Notes under the pieces: generated by a model | Database searches by the model: none | The model's input: the letters and a program-made list of their open reading frames with translations, nothing else | Told to the model about the DNA's origin: nothing | Position numbers and translations under genes: made by a program | In this document: piece after piece, positions 22,732-34,959 of the stretch | How positions within the stretch are numbered: the stretch's first letter is position 1 | How the letters are laid out: each line of letters begins with the position of its first letter | Origin: an uncultured Aliarcobacter sp. | Lineage (GTDB): Bacteria > Campylobacterota > Campylobacteria > Campylobacterales > Arcobacteraceae | Direction: 5' to 3' | Assembly (NCBI GenBank): GCA_963664305.2 | Contig: CAXXLV010000002.1 | Coordinates: forward strand, 1,504,001-1,568,000 | DNA: 64,000 nt

Positions 22732-24453
22732 TTACTTAGTTAATTCGATTATTTTTCCTAAAACATCTTCAACTTTTACATCGATTTTTTCTAATGTTTT
22801 TCTATCAACAATTTCTACAAAACCTTCAGCTAATTTTTTCCCAATTACAACTGCATAAGGGAACCCTAAAAGTTCAAAATCACTCATTTTAAAACCAAAT
22901 CTAGCATTTATTCTATCATCTAAAATTGTACTAATTCCAGCATGTTTTAGTTTGTTGTAAAGCTCTTCTCCAACTTGTGCTTCATCCTCTTTTTTAGAGT
23001 TTGAAACAATAATATCTACCATAAATGGAGTTGTTGCTTTCGTCCAAATACAACCTTTATCATCGTGGTTTTGCTCAATTACAGCAGCTACTAGTCTTGA
23101 AACTCCAATTCCATAACATCCCATAACAAATGGTTTTGCTTTTCCATTTTCATCTAAAAAGTTTGCATTCATAGCTGCTGAATATTTTGTTCCTAATTGG
23201 AAAATATGCCCTGCTTCAATTCCTTTTGTATATGAAAGTTTTCCACCACAACAAGCGCAATTATTTCCCTCTTGAACAGCTACTAAATCAAAATATTTAA
23301 CATCTTTTAGAGTTGATAAATCTGTATTTACCAAGTGATAGTGTTCTTCATTAGCTCCACAAGCAAGTCCAATTTCATCTTTTATTTCAAAATCAACGAT
23401 AAAATTTATATTTGAAGGAAGATTAAATGGTCCACAATAACCAGCAACTAATCCAGCTTCTTTTATATCATCTTCAGTTGCATCAATTAATTCTAAAGCA
23501 TTAACAGCATTGCAAGCTTTTGTTTCTTCAAGCTCATCATCACCTCTTACAAAAAATACAACTATTTGAGTTTTTTCTTCAAAAATAGCTCTTTTTATAA
23601 CTGCTTTGATTGTTTGAGCTTTTGAGATACTTAAGAAGTTCGAAACTTCTTCAATAGTTTTTAAATCTTGTGTTAAAACTTTTTCCATTGAAGCAGGTGT
23701 ATTTGTATTTTCAAACCAAGCTGTAAAATGTCTTGGTTTTCTAGTAGCTGCTTCAATATTAGCTCCATAATCACAAGAATCACAAATAACAATTGTATCT
23801 TCACCTGAATCTGCAATTACGTGAAATTCTTTTGAACCACTTCCACCAATTGCTCCTGAATCAGCTGCAACAACTCTAAAATCTAAACCTAATTTTGTAT
23901 AAATTTTTTTATAAGTTGCTTCCATATGATTAAATTCTCGAACTAAATCTTCTTCGCTTGAATGGAAAGAATATCCATCTTTCATCAAGAACTCTCTTCC
24001 TCTCATAAGCCCAAATCTAGGTCTTGCTTCATCTCTAAATTTTGTATTTATTTGATAAAGATGAACTGGTAAATCTTTATATGAAGTAATTCTATTTTTT
24101 ACCATATTTACAACAGCTTCTTCATTTGTTGGACTTAATACAAACTCACCATTTTTTCTATCTTTAAATCGAAGCATTTCTGCTCCCATAGTTGTAGCTC
24201 GCCCTGATTCTTGCCATAATGATAAAGGTGTTACAAAACCAAATTGAACTTCATTTGCACCAGCTTCATCCATCTCTTCTTTTACAATTGCTCTAATTTT
24301 GTCTAAAACAATTTTTCCTAAAGGCATAAAATCATAAATTCCAGCTCCAGTTTGAGCAATAAATCCACCTCTTAATAAATATTGATGAGATGGTAATGTT
24401 GCATCATTTGGTGTCTCTTTTGTTGTTGGAATAAACATTTTACTAAATTTCAT
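22732..24453 (-). CDS. proS: Proline--tRNA ligase
   Basis: [29 protein letters not shown]. Confidence 0.98.
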   Translation of the reverse strand: MKFSKMFIPTTKETPNDATLPSHQYLLRGGFIAQTGAGIYDFMPLGKIVLDKIRAIVKEEMDEAGANEVQFGFVTPLSLWQESGRATTMGAEMLRFKDRKNGEFVLSPTNEEAVVNMVKNRITSYKDLPVHLYQINTKFRDEARPRFGLMRGREFLMKDGYSFHSSEEDLVREFNHMEATYKKIYTKLGLDFRVVAADSGAIGGSGSKEFHVIADSGEDTIVICDSCDYGANIEAATRKPRHFTAWFENTNTPASMEKVLTQDLKTIEEVSNFLSISKAQTIKAVIKRAIFEEKTQIVVFFVRGDDELEETKACNAVNALELIDATEDDIKEAGLVAGYCGPFNLPSNINFIVDFEIKDEIGLACGANEEHYHLVNTDLSTLKDVKYFDLVAVQEGNNCACCGGKLSYTKGIEAGHIFQLGTKYSAAMNANFLDENGKAKPFVMGCYGIGVSRLVAAVIEQNHDDKGCIWTKATTPFMVDIIVSNSKKEDEAQVGEELYNKLKHAGISTILDDRINARFGFKMSDFELLGFPYAVVIGKKLAEGFVEIVDRKTLEKIDVKVEDVLGKIIELTK

Positions 24454-24481
24454 TGATTCTTTTCCTGTATTTAATTTATTT

Positions 24482-25780
24482 CTAGTTTTTTGCTAAATGG
24501 TCACATTTATATTTATTTCTTAAATTTGAATCGTTATTAAATCCAAACATATTTTGAACTGTTCCTACAACTAAATCGCACTCCATATTTTTTGAAATAT
24601 CTTTTAATTGTTTTGATGGTTGATGTAAATATTCAGTAATTACAGTTTGACAAAGTTTTCTAATATTTTCTTCATCACTTGCACTAATATATCCCTTTTT
24701 TATAGCATTTTTTACTTTTTTATCGATAATATCATTACCTTTTACATAAAGATTTTTTACTATTGGTTCAATTTCAAGTGATTTAAGCCATTCAAAAAAC
24801 TCTAGCGACATACGACTTACTATTCCATAAGCTGTTTTTGCTTGTTCTGCTCTTAAACTCATATTTTCATTTACTATATCTTGTAAATCATCAACTGAAA
24901 AAATCTCTAAATTATTTAACGAAATATTTTCATCAATATCTCTTGGAACTGCTATATCAAACCAGTATCTATTTATACTTGAACTTGGAGCATTATCTTT
25001 TGTGATTATTGGATAAGGAGCTGATGTTGCTGTTATCATAACTGGTGTTTTTGCTAGTAAGTTTGATAATTCACTATAAGGTTCTACATTTACATGAACT
25101 TCAAATGTAGTTGCTAAATTTTGAGCTTTTTTCATATCTCTACTAATAATTGTTACATCAAAACCTGAAGAAATAAGATGCTTAACAGTTAGTTCACTCA
25201 TTTCACCTGCACCAATTACTAAAGCTTTTACACCTTTTGTATTTCCAACTATATCTTTTGCTTTTGCAACTGCCGTTGAAGCTACAGAAACTGAACCTGT
25301 CCCTAAACTTGTTGCATTTCTTACTTGTGCAGCACATTTAAAAGCATAGTGCATTACTCTTGTAATATTTGAACTACAGTAACCTTTTGCTTGAGAGAAT
25401 CTAAAAGCATCTTTTAATTGACCAACAATTTGTGTTTCACCAATTACTAATGAATCAAGGGCAGATGCAACTGAAAACAGATGATGAACTGCTCCATCAT
25501 TATCGTAGATATCTGCTCTATCATATAAAAGTTCAAAATCAAGCCCAGAATAAGTTGCTAGTTTTTCTATAATATTTCTAGCACTTTGTTTTACATTTGA
25601 AGATCTAGTGATAATTTCAACTCTATTACATGTTGAAAGTAAAACTACCTCTTTTGTAGCTTCATTTTCTAAAATTTGTTTTATAAATCTCTCTTTATCT
25701 TCATCACTATTAAAAGCCAGTTTTTCTCTCATTTTTATATCAATATTTTTGTGAGAAAAACTAATTATTAAGTAACTCAT
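24482..25780 (-). CDS. hemA: Glutamyl-tRNA reductase
   Basis: [27 protein letters not shown]. Confidence 0.97.
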   Translation of the reverse strand: MSYLIISFSHKNIDIKMREKLAFNSDEDKERFIKQILENEATKEVVLLSTCNRVEIITRSSNVKQSARNIIEKLATYSGLDFELLYDRADIYDNDGAVHHLFSVASALDSLVIGETQIVGQLKDAFRFSQAKGYCSSNITRVMHYAFKCAAQVRNATSLGTGSVSVASTAVAKAKDIVGNTKGVKALVIGAGEMSELTVKHLISSGFDVTIISRDMKKAQNLATTFEVHVNVEPYSELSNLLAKTPVMITATSAPYPIITKDNAPSSSINRYWFDIAVPRDIDENISLNNLEIFSVDDLQDIVNENMSLRAEQAKTAYGIVSRMSLEFFEWLKSLEIEPIVKNLYVKGNDIIDKKVKNAIKKGYISASDEENIRKLCQTVITEYLHQPSKQLKDISKNMECDLVVGTVQNMFGFNNDSNLRNKYKCDHLAKN

Positions 25781-26679
25781 TAAAACTCTCTTTCAATCAT
25801 TGCTTTCATTATCATAACAAGAGTTTGGCTATCTTTTTCATCAATTACAGCACTAATTGCTTCATTCCCAATCTCTTTTGCTTGTAAAATTGAATCTTCT
25901 AAAGCTTTTGTTATTTTCATTTGTTCTTTAATCCAAGCGCTCTCTTCTGAACTTAACTCTTTTTTATATAATGAAGCAAGTTTAGTTTTGTCTTCAACTC
26001 TTTCATATAAAAATAAATATGGAATAGTTACTTTTCCTTCAACAAAATCAAGCATTGCTGGTTTTCCTAAAGTAGCACTATCTTGTGTAATATCTAAAAT
26101 ATCATCTACCATTTGAAAGGCAAGACCAAGATTTTTACCATAAAGTGCATATTTATTTTCATCTAATCCAGCTAAAATTGCAGCTGCTTTTGCACTTGCT
26201 TCTATTAAAGAAGCTGTTTTTTTATAAATCATATCAAGATATAAATCATAAGAAGTATTGAAACTTTCAGTTAAATCAACATCCATCATCTCACCAATAC
26301 TTAAAAGTGTTACAGCATTTGAGATTGTATATGCAACTCTTTTATCCATTTGAGAAAGTTCAGTAAATGCTCTTGAATACAAGATGTCTCCGAACATTAT
26401 AGAAGTTTTGTTATCGTAAAGTGCATTTACAGAAGGTTGACCTCGTCTAGTATCAGCTTCATCAATAACATCATCATGTAAAAGTGATGCTGCATGAATC
26501 ATCTCTACAATTGCACAAAGTTTAATGCTTTCTTCATTTACTCCTGCAATTTTTAGAATCAGTTTAGAACGCAACATTTTTCCTGTTGCTAATTTATCAA
26601 GTAACTCTAAACTTTTTTGATGATTACAAACATTTATAAACTCTTTTATTTGACTTTTAACTTGTTCTAACTCTTCCAC
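25780..26679 (-). CDS. ispB: Octaprenyl/polyprenyl diphosphate synthase
   Basis: LHDDVID and QMVDDILD aspartate-rich motifs. Confidence 0.92.
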   Translation of the reverse strand: MEELEQVKSQIKEFINVCNHQKSLELLDKLATGKMLRSKLILKIAGVNEESIKLCAIVEMIHAASLLHDDVIDEADTRRGQPSVNALYDNKTSIMFGDILYSRAFTELSQMDKRVAYTISNAVTLLSIGEMMDVDLTESFNTSYDLYLDMIYKKTASLIEASAKAAAILAGLDENKYALYGKNLGLAFQMVDDILDITQDSATLGKPAMLDFVEGKVTIPYLFLYERVEDKTKLASLYKKELSSEESAWIKEQMKITKALEDSILQAKEIGNEAISAVIDEKDSQTLVMIMKAMIEREF

Positions 26680-26688
26680 ATCTAACCT

Positions 26689-26991
26689 TTATGAATCTAA
26701 TCTACAGATAATTTCACCAGTAAATTCAACATAAAGACCTTTTTTCATAGCTTTTACTTTTTGAGAATTTTCTAAAGTATACTCTTTGATAAATTCATTG
26801 ATATCAAAATTTTCATCTTTATCTTCACTAATTATCATTTCAAGTACAGCAAGTTTTTCTATAATTTTATCAATTTCATCTTCAACTACTTCTTTTGAAG
26901 CTTCTCTTGTTACATCAAAAAATTTTGATTTTGGGCTTCCCATAAATATATCATCTTCGTCTTCAGTAAACCATTCACTAAATATTGACAT
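26689..26991 (-). CDS. DUF2018 family protein
   Basis: EDDIFMGSPKSKFFD motif; adjacent to ispB as in Campylobacterota. Confidence 0.75.
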   Translation of the reverse strand: MSIFSEWFTEDEDDIFMGSPKSKFFDVTREASKEVVEDEIDKIIEKLAVLEMIISEDKDENFDINEFIKEYTLENSQKVKAMKKGLYVEFTGEIICRLDS

Positions 26992-27000
26992 CTATTTTCC

Positions 27001-28296
27001 TTATTTATTTTCTAATCTAACTCTTACAGATTTAGCATGAGCTGTAAGACCTTCTGTATCTGCTAATAATGCACACGCTTCACCTAATTCATTTATAGCA
27101 TTTTTTGAGAAATTTATAATTGAACTTTTTTTCATAAAGTTTTCTACATTTAACGGACTATAAAACTTAGCTGTACTTCCTGTTGGAAGAGTATGATTTG
27201 GTCCAGCTATATAATCTCCGATTGGTTCAGGAGTGTTTTCACCTAAGAAAATTGCACCTGCATGCTTAATGTAAGGTAATAATTCAAAAGGATTTTGAGT
27301 CATAACCTCTAAGTGTTCAGGAGCTATTTCATTCATAAGTTCAATTGCTTCTTCCATATTTGAAGCAACAATTATTGCTCCTCGCTCATCTATTGATTTT
27401 CTAGCAATTGCTTCTCTACTTAAAGTTTTTAAGTACTCTTCAACTTCTTTACTAGTTAAGCTAGCAACTTCATCACAAGTTGTAATCATAATCGAACTTG
27501 CCATTTCATCATGTTCTGCTTGAGATAATAAATCAATTGCTAAATAATGAGGTTTTGCTGTTGCATCAGCTAAAATTCCTATTTCAGAAGGACCAGCTAT
27601 CATATCAATATTTACTTCGCCAAATACAAGTTTTTTTGCAGTTGCAACAAAGATATTTCCAGGACCTGTTATTACATCAACTTTAGGAATAGTTTGTGTT
27701 CCATAAGCCATTGCAGCAATTGCACTTGCCCCTCCAACTTTATAAACTTTTGAAACTTTACATAAGTGACAAGCAGCAAGTAAAAGTTCATTTACTTCAT
27801 TGTTTGGAGTTGGTGTACATACAACTATTTCTTTAACACCAGCAACGATTGCAGGAACTGCATTCATTAAAAGTGAGCTTGGATAAGCAGCTTTTCCACC
27901 AGGAATATAAAGTCCTGCTTTATCAACTGGAGTTACTTTTTGTCCTAAAATTGTTCCATTTGATTCAAAATCAAGCCAAGATTTTGGAAGTTGTTTTTCA
28001 TGATATGCTTTAATTCTATCATATGCTGTATGAAGAGCTTGTCTTAATTTTTCATCGATATTTTCATATGCTTTTTTCATATCATCTTGAGAAATTAATA
28101 ATTCATCATCTGATTTAACTTCCCATTTATCAAACTTTTCAATATGTCTTTTTAAAGCAACATTTCCTTCAGTTACTATTTCATCAATAATATTCATAAC
28201 TATCGATGAAACACCTTTTATATCACTTTTAGCTCTAGCTAAAATAGAATCAAATTCACTTTGAAAGTTTGTGTCTTTAGTATTTATTATTTTCAT
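27001..28296 (-). CDS. hisD: Histidinol dehydrogenase
   Basis: IDMIAGPSE, LSQAEHD, APEHL, GPNHTLPT. Confidence 0.98.
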   Translation of the reverse strand: MKIINTKDTNFQSEFDSILARAKSDIKGVSSIVMNIIDEIVTEGNVALKRHIEKFDKWEVKSDDELLISQDDMKKAYENIDEKLRQALHTAYDRIKAYHEKQLPKSWLDFESNGTILGQKVTPVDKAGLYIPGGKAAYPSSLLMNAVPAIVAGVKEIVVCTPTPNNEVNELLLAACHLCKVSKVYKVGGASAIAAMAYGTQTIPKVDVITGPGNIFVATAKKLVFGEVNIDMIAGPSEIGILADATAKPHYLAIDLLSQAEHDEMASSIMITTCDEVASLTSKEVEEYLKTLSREAIARKSIDERGAIIVASNMEEAIELMNEIAPEHLEVMTQNPFELLPYIKHAGAIFLGENTPEPIGDYIAGPNHTLPTGSTAKFYSPLNVENFMKKSSIINFSKNAINELGEACALLADTEGLTAHAKSVRVRLENK

Positions 28297-28806
28297 TTAT
28301 ATTTTTCCTAAAATCTCTTTTACAATATCTTTTAAATCTTTATTTTCAACATCAACAACTATTTTTGCTACTTTTTCATAATCTTTAGCTCTTGAATTAT
28401 AAAGTTTTAAAGCTTCTTCCATATTTTGTAAAAGTGGTCTTTTTTTCAATTTATTTGCAGCATTTGGAGCACTATTTATTCTGTCTAGGATTCCTTGAAA
28501 TGATGATTTTAAATAAACAACCTTTCCTATTTTGTTTATATTTTCTTGCTTATAAAATCCACCACCAGTTGAAACAATTGTATTATTTACATTTTTTTCA
28601 AGCCATAAAGCAGTCTTTTTTTCTAAGTTTCTAAAATATGGTTCACCATCTTCTTCAAAAATTTTTTTGATTTTTCTGTTTTCCATACTTTCGATTAAAT
28701 CATCAGTATCAATTGCAAACATGTCAGATTTTTTAACTAATGCACGTGCAACTGTACCTTTACCAACACCCATAAAACCAATTAGTATAATATTATTCTT
28801 TTTCAT
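28297..28806 (-). CDS. aroK: Shikimate kinase
   Basis: GFMGVGKG, DTD, STGGG, RPLL. Confidence 0.93.
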   Translation of the reverse strand: MKKNNIILIGFMGVGKGTVARALVKKSDMFAIDTDDLIESMENRKIKKIFEEDGEPYFRNLEKKTALWLEKNVNNTIVSTGGGFYKQENINKIGKVVYLKSSFQGILDRINSAPNAANKLKKRPLLQNMEEALKLYNSRAKDYEKVAKIVVDVENKDLKDIVKEILGKI

Positions 28807-28923
28807 AGTGGGGGATTATATCTAATTTATAGTAAATTTATATAGTGTATTAAAGTTTATTATTTCTAATTTTAATTTATTATGATAAAATAACTTTTTT
28901 ATAACCTCTAACATGGAAAAAAC

Positions 28924-31900
28924 ATGTCCTTAACTAAACTAATTTCTAAAGAAAATGATTCAATAAATTTTGATGTAACTTTACAAGAAATTTTAGATTC
29001 AATGATAAAAAACCATACTAAACATTTTGTTTTATTAAACAATAAAAAAGTGGTTGGAATCATTACAGAAAGGGATATTCTTTTTTTATATTCAAAACAT
29101 ATAGATTTAAATTCAAAAGCTATTAATTATGCAAATAAAATATTAATAACTACAAAAATAGATAGAAAAACTAATTATATTTTAGGACTGATGTTAAACC
29201 ATAAAGTTAGAAGAATAATTGTTTTAGATAATGAAAATAACTATTTAGGCACTATTTTACAAGAAAAACTTATTTATGAATTTGAACAAGATATTTTTAA
29301 AACAACAATTAAAGCAATTGACATTATTAGAGGTAAAGAAAAAGCTATTAGTATTCAAAAAGATGCAACGATTCAAAATGCTTTAGACATTATGAATGAA
29401 AAAAAAATTGGTTCAATTTTAGTATTTAATGATAATTCACCAATTGGAATTTTAACTGAAAGTGATGTTATAAATCTTGCTCAAAAACATGTGGATACAA
29501 CACTTATTATTAATCAATTTATGCAAAATAATCTTATTACTTTTAATTCTAATGAATCATTATTTCAAATAGTTAAAACCATGAGAGAAAAAGATATAAG
29601 AAGAGCTGTAATATTTGATAACATCTCTTTAAACTATTTTATAATCACTTCTAAAGAGATTTTAAATAATATAAAAGGGAACTACAATCTTTTTTTAGAA
29701 TCAAAACTAAAAGATGTAAAAAATACATTTAACTCTTTAAATGAAGCTGTAATTGAACTTTTTGATAATGATGAAGAACAAATTATTTATTGGTTTAATC
29801 AAAAAGCAAAAAATTTATTCCCAATCAAAGTTGATGAAAATATAACAAATTTAATTTCAAAAGCAAGATGGGATTTAATTTATAAAAAAATAAAATCAAA
29901 TGATTTTAAAGAAACTGAAATTATTGAAATTGGAGAAAATATTTTCCAATTAACTGTTATATACAGTGAAATTATGGATAATTCTATTATCAAACTTTTA
30001 TTCACAAATATTTCAGAAATTGCAAATAAAAATAGACAAATTGAAGATAATTTTAAATTTTTATTTGAAGAAGTTCCTTATGCTTATCAATCACTAAATC
30101 ATTTTGGAATTATTACAAATGTAAATAAAAAATGGTTAGAGTTAACTGGTTATGAAAAAAATGAAGTAATAGGTCAAAAATTTTCTCAATTTACAGATGA
30201 AAGTTTTGAAAAACTAAAAAGTTTATTTGCAAACTTTTTAAAAACAAAACATGTAGAAAATGAAAAAATCAAATTAAGAAAAAAAAATGGTGAAATAATT
30301 CTTGCTAGTTTTACAGGGAATATTTCTGAATTTAACGGTGAATTAAATACACATTGTATTTTTAAAGATATTACAGAAGAAGAAATCATCCAAAACAAAC
30401 TGAAACTTTCAGATATTGTTTTTGAAAATACAACAGAAGGTATCATAATTACAAATGAAAAAAAGGAAATTATTTCTGTAAATTATGCATTTACTGAAAT
30501 TACTGGTTACACTCTTGATGAAATAAAAGGGAAAAATCCCAAAATTTTAAAATCAGGAAGACATGAAAAAGATTTTTATACAAATCTTTGGGATTCTTTA
30601 GAAAAAAAAGGTTCCTATAAAGGTGAAATTTGGAATCGTAAAAAAAGTGGAGAGATTTATCCTGAGTGGTTAAATCTTAGCGTTGTAAAAGATACTAATG
30701 GAAAAATACTAAATTATGTTGCACTCTTTTCAGATATTACAAAAATAAAAAATTCAAATGCAAAAATAGAATTTTTGGCACATCATGACCCTTTGACAAA
30801 TCTTCCAAATAGACTTTTATTGAAAGCTAGATTAATAAAATCTATTGAAAAAGCCCATGAATTAAAACAAAGAATAGCCGTATTTTTTATAGATATTGAT
30901 AATTTTAAATTAATAAATGATACTTATGGTCACTCGATTGGAGATAAAATCATCAATCTTGTTGCAAGTAGATTACATAAAAATATTAGAAAAAATGACA
31001 CTATTTCAAGAATTGGTGGAGATGAATTTATTATTGTAATTGAAGATATTTTAGAAAATAAAGATATTGAAAGAATTGCAAAAAAGATTGTTAATGATTT
31101 TAAAGAATCTATACAATTGGAAGATTATATTTTTGATATAACTGTTAGTGTTGGGATTTCTATTTTCCCAAATAATGGTTTAAACGCAGAAGATTTGATA
31201 AAACATGCAGATACAGCAATGTATAGTGCAAAAAATGCAGGAAGAAATCAATATCAATTTTATAAAGATGAAATGACAAGTGAAATTTTTGAAAAAATCA
31301 TAATGAAACAAGAATTGGCTGAGGCTTTAAAAAATAATGAATTTGAAGTCTATTATCAACCACAAATTGATTTAAAAACAAATACTATTTTAGGAGCAGA
31401 AGCATTAATAAGATGGAATCATAAAACTTTAGGTGTTATATCTCCTGAAAATTTTATTCCATATGCGGAAGAATCAAAATTAATCATTCCTATTGGTGAA
31501 TTTGTCTTAAAAAAGGCTTGTAAGTTTATAAAAAAATTAAATGATTTACAAATATTAGATAATGGAATAGTTGCTGTAAATATTTCAAATATTCAAATAA
31601 AATATAGCCAACTTTTAAAATCTATTGTAAAAGTATTAGAAGATTCAAAATTAAGTCCAGAAAATTTGGAAATTGAATTAACAGAAAGTTATATTATGGA
31701 AGATGTTGAAGAGTCATTACTTGTTTTAGAAAATCTAAAAAATCTTGGTATAAAACTTGCAGTTGATGATTTTGGAACAGGTTATTCATCATTGAATTAT
31801 TTAAAATTATTCCCAATTGATAAACTAAAAATTGATAAATCATTCATAAAAGGTCTTCCTTCAAATAAAAAAGATATTGCAATAGCAAGAACAATAATAG

Positions 31901-32064
31901 CTTTAGGAAATGGGCTTGGAATGAAAACAATTGCAGAAGGTGTTGAAAAAGAAGAACAAAAAGAGTTTTTAAAAAAAGAGGGATGTGACGAAATTCAAGG
32001 TTGGTTATATTCAAAAGCTTTAAAAGAAGATGATTTTATAAGTTTTGCAAAAAATTTTAAATAG
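28924..32064 (+). CDS. CBS-PAS-PAS-GGDEF-EAL c-di-GMP turnover protein
   Basis: N-terminal CBS repeats (GIITERD, GILTESD), two PAS, intact GGDEF, EALIRW, DDFGTGYSSL. Confidence 0.92.
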   Translation: MSLTKLISKENDSINFDVTLQEILDSMIKNHTKHFVLLNNKKVVGIITERDILFLYSKHIDLNSKAINYANKILITTKIDRKTNYILGLMLNHKVRRIIVLDNENNYLGTILQEKLIYEFEQDIFKTTIKAIDIIRGKEKAISIQKDATIQNALDIMNEKKIGSILVFNDNSPIGILTESDVINLAQKHVDTTLIINQFMQNNLITFNSNESLFQIVKTMREKDIRRAVIFDNISLNYFIITSKEILNNIKGNYNLFLESKLKDVKNTFNSLNEAVIELFDNDEEQIIYWFNQKAKNLFPIKVDENITNLISKARWDLIYKKIKSNDFKETEIIEIGENIFQLTVIYSEIMDNSIIKLLFTNISEIANKNRQIEDNFKFLFEEVPYAYQSLNHFGIITNVNKKWLELTGYEKNEVIGQKFSQFTDESFEKLKSLFANFLKTKHVENEKIKLRKKNGEIILASFTGNISEFNGELNTHCIFKDITEEEIIQNKLKLSDIVFENTTEGIIITNEKKEIISVNYAFTEITGYTLDEIKGKNPKILKSGRHEKDFYTNLWDSLEKKGSYKGEIWNRKKSGEIYPEWLNLSVVKDTNGKILNYVALFSDITKIKNSNAKIEFLAHHDPLTNLPNRLLLKARLIKSIEKAHELKQRIAVFFIDIDNFKLINDTYGHSIGDKIINLVASRLHKNIRKNDTISRIGGDEFIIVIEDILENKDIERIAKKIVNDFKESIQLEDYIFDITVSVGISIFPNNGLNAEDLIKHADTAMYSAKNAGRNQYQFYKDEMTSEIFEKIIMKQELAEALKNNEFEVYYQPQIDLKTNTILGAEALIRWNHKTLGVISPENFIPYAEESKLIIPIGEFVLKKACKFIKKLNDLQILDNGIVAVNISNIQIKYSQLLKSIVKVLEDSKLSPENLEIELTESYIMEDVEESLLVLENLKNLGIKLAVDDFGTGYSSLNYLKLFPIDKLKIDKSFIKGLPSNKKDIAIARTIIALGNGLGMKTIAEGVEKEEQKEFLKKEGCDEIQGWLYSKALKEDDFISFAKNFK

Positions 32065-33988
32065 TTTTTTCATCAACTAAAGAAAAAGAAACTTCAAAAA
32101 GAGCTCCTTTATAACTCACTTTTTCATGAACAAACTCTTGATTTGATACGAAAATTTTTCCTTTCATATGTTTTTCAATAATCTCTTTAGACATGTATAA
32201 CCCTATACCTGTTCCTTGAGATTTGAATTTTGTTGTGAAATATGGTTCAAAAATTTTATCCATAATTTTCTCATCAATTCCACCAGCGTTATCTTTTATT
32301 AATATTTTAACTTCATTATTTTTTTCTTCAATTGATATAAAAATATATTTATTATCTAACTCTTTTCTCTCAAATTCATCTTTTGCATTGTTTAAAATAT
32401 TTATTATTACTTGTAAAAATTCATTCTCAAAACCAAAAATATAAACATCATTTAAATTTTTAACAAATTTTATATTATTCAAATTAAATTGAACCTCTAA
32501 TAATTCAAAAGCTTTATTAAATATATCTCTTATATTAAAATATGCTGCTTCTTTATGTGGATTAAAATAGTCTCTAAAATCATCTATTGTTTGTGATAAA
32601 TATTTTGTTGTTGAAGTTATTGAATCCATCGCATGAAGTAATTCTTCTTTTTCTATTCCACCATATTCATATCTAATTTTAACTCCTGTTGAAAGAGTTG
32701 AAATAGAACTTAAAGGTTGTCTCCATTGATGTGCAATATTTTCAAGCATTTCTCCCATGGCAGCCATTTTTGACTGTTGAGCTAACATACTATCTTTTTC
32801 TTTACTTTTTTTAATATTACTTATTACTTGTTGTCTATATTTATAAAATCTTAATTCTAATCTTTTTGATATGTAAAAAGATAAAAATAAAAATAAAACT
32901 GTTAATAATCCACTAGCTGTAAAAAGACTCAATAAATTATGCAAATAATTTTCTTTATACTCTTTCTCTTTTAATTTTATCTGCTGTTTTAGTTCATCTG
33001 TATAAAATCCAGTTGCTATTGCCCATTCCCAATCTTTAAAACCTTTTACATAAGTTATTTTTTCAGAAGGAAGATTTGTTTCTGGTTTTATGGTACTTAT
33101 ATATTTTAAAAAACCCTCACCTTGATTAGCTAAATTTATAATCTCTTGTGTAATCATAACGCCATTAGGGTCTTTCAAATTAATTCGATTAACACCAATA
33201 TAAGCCTTATTTAAATGTGATAAATAAACTCCAAATTTATCTATAACAAAAATAAAACCATTTGTTGAATATTTTATACTTGTTATATATTCTAAAATCT
33301 CTCTTTTTATTTTCTCTTCAAAATCACCAACATATTCACCTGTTCCAACAAACCAATTATATGGCTCAAATACTTTATTAAAAGTGATTTTTTTATATTG
33401 TTTTAGTTTTTCATCTGACTCAGGTTTTTTCCAATAATACTCATTGTAAGACTCTGTTTTATCTTTTAAACCATTTATAGTATTTTCTACAAATCTAAAA
33501 CCAAAATTATCTTCAAAATCTATAATTGTTTTATTTTCAAAATTCTGATTTAGAGGATATAATACAGATTTCCCCTCTAAGCTAACTATATAAAAATATC
33601 CTCTTCCATCATTAAATCTCAAAGCCCTAAGAGCATCTTTAATTCTCTCTTTTATTTTTTCTTCTGGTTCTGTATCTTTATATTTTTCATAAATAAAAGT
33701 CATGATATTATGTGCTTCATTTACTCTATTTTTAATATCTTGTTTTAGTTCTCTTTCACTATTTAATTTTTTATGAACAATATATTCATAAACTTTTTCA
33801 AGTTCATTTTTTATTATATTTTCATTTCTTTTTAAATATTCATTTTGTAATGTATTTAAATCTGCTTGTAATGTAATATTTTTATCAATGTACAATAAAA
33901 ACGTAACCATAATACATACTAAAGTAACAATAGCAACGGGTGTGAATTTTATTAATTTTATAAGTTTTTTTTCTTTTTTTGTCAACAT
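32057..33988 (-). CDS. Cache-domain sensor histidine kinase (no adjacent regulator)
   Basis: TM-Cache-TM; IAHQWRQPL H-box, DNAGG, GTGIGLY. Confidence 0.92.
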   Translation of the reverse strand: MLTKKEKKLIKLIKFTPVAIVTLVCIMVTFLLYIDKNITLQADLNTLQNEYLKRNENIIKNELEKVYEYIVHKKLNSERELKQDIKNRVNEAHNIMTFIYEKYKDTEPEEKIKERIKDALRALRFNDGRGYFYIVSLEGKSVLYPLNQNFENKTIIDFEDNFGFRFVENTINGLKDKTESYNEYYWKKPESDEKLKQYKKITFNKVFEPYNWFVGTGEYVGDFEEKIKREILEYITSIKYSTNGFIFVIDKFGVYLSHLNKAYIGVNRINLKDPNGVMITQEIINLANQGEGFLKYISTIKPETNLPSEKITYVKGFKDWEWAIATGFYTDELKQQIKLKEKEYKENYLHNLLSLFTASGLLTVLFLFLSFYISKRLELRFYKYRQQVISNIKKSKEKDSMLAQQSKMAAMGEMLENIAHQWRQPLSSISTLSTGVKIRYEYGGIEKEELLHAMDSITSTTKYLSQTIDDFRDYFNPHKEAAYFNIRDIFNKAFELLEVQFNLNNIKFVKNLNDVYIFGFENEFLQVIINILNNAKDEFERKELDNKYIFISIEEKNNEVKILIKDNAGGIDEKIMDKIFEPYFTTKFKSQGTGIGLYMSKEIIEKHMKGKIFVSNQEFVHEKVSYKGALFEVSFSLVDEKTI

Positions 33989-34034
33989 CTGCGCAATATT
34001 ATCTTTTTTTTCATTAATTATAAAAAATTTTTAT

Positions 34035-34895
34035 TTATCGACCTAATTTATGTTCATATCTCTCTTTCATAGAGATATTTCCAAGAATACCACCTTGATG
34101 AATATATAAAAATTCATATTCATCATTTTTATCAAAATCTTTTACATATTGTTCAAAACAAAGCCAACCTAAACTATCATAAAGTAAATCAAATTCAATG
34201 TTTGTTTGATTTAATAATTCATTATGAATTTCATATAACTCTTTATAAAGCTTCCCAAAATGATATTTTTTCTCTTTTTTTAAAATTGTTGGAAAATTAG
34301 ATTTTTCAAGTTCTAAAAACTGTTTTTTTAAATATTCATCATCACCAACACAAGCACAAGTCAAAACTTCAAATGGAAGAAATTTTTGTAGATAAAGGGA
34401 TGTTGTTCCTGTACCACTTGGCAAAAAAACTTTTAGATTTTTTATTTGATTTTCTTTTGCCCACTCTTTTATCTCATTTGCTAAAATCTCTATTCCAAAA
34501 GAGGCTTCACTTACAGCTCCACCTTCACTAATAAAAAGTTCATCTTCTTTGAAACTTTTTGGAACTTCAGCTTCAATAATATTCATTCCAAATTCTTTTG
34601 CAAATTTATAATTTCCAACTGGATTTTCTTTTAAATATGAAGCAATATGGTCAACATAATAATCAAATTTCCAACCTTTGATTTTGCATAATACAGAAAG
34701 AGAATACATTGCATTTGATTGTGCAGAACCAAAAGATATAACTTTTTTTATTTTGGGAAAATCATTTTTCAAAAAATAATAAAACTTTCTAGCCTTATTT
34801 CCTGAAAAATCTTTGTGTAATAAATCATCTCTTTTTACAAAATATTTTTTATTATTAAAGATTATTTGTTGAATTAAAGAATTTGTATAGTTCAT
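34035..34895 (-). CDS. ACC deaminase / D-cysteine desulfhydrase family PLP enzyme
   Basis: KRDDL..SGNKARK, QSNA, GTGTT, HQGG. Confidence 0.85.
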   Translation of the reverse strand: MNYTNSLIQQIIFNNKKYFVKRDDLLHKDFSGNKARKFYYFLKNDFPKIKKVISFGSAQSNAMYSLSVLCKIKGWKFDYYVDHIASYLKENPVGNYKFAKEFGMNIIEAEVPKSFKEDELFISEGGAVSEASFGIEILANEIKEWAKENQIKNLKVFLPSGTGTTSLYLQKFLPFEVLTCACVGDDEYLKKQFLELEKSNFPTILKKEKKYHFGKLYKELYEIHNELLNQTNIEFDLLYDSLGWLCFEQYVKDFDKNDEYEFLYIHQGGILGNISMKERYEHKLGR

Positions 34896-34959
34896 GAAAA
34901 ATTGTACCATCTCTTAGCAAAATTTTTATACAATGTCACAAAAAATTATTGGGGTCGTT

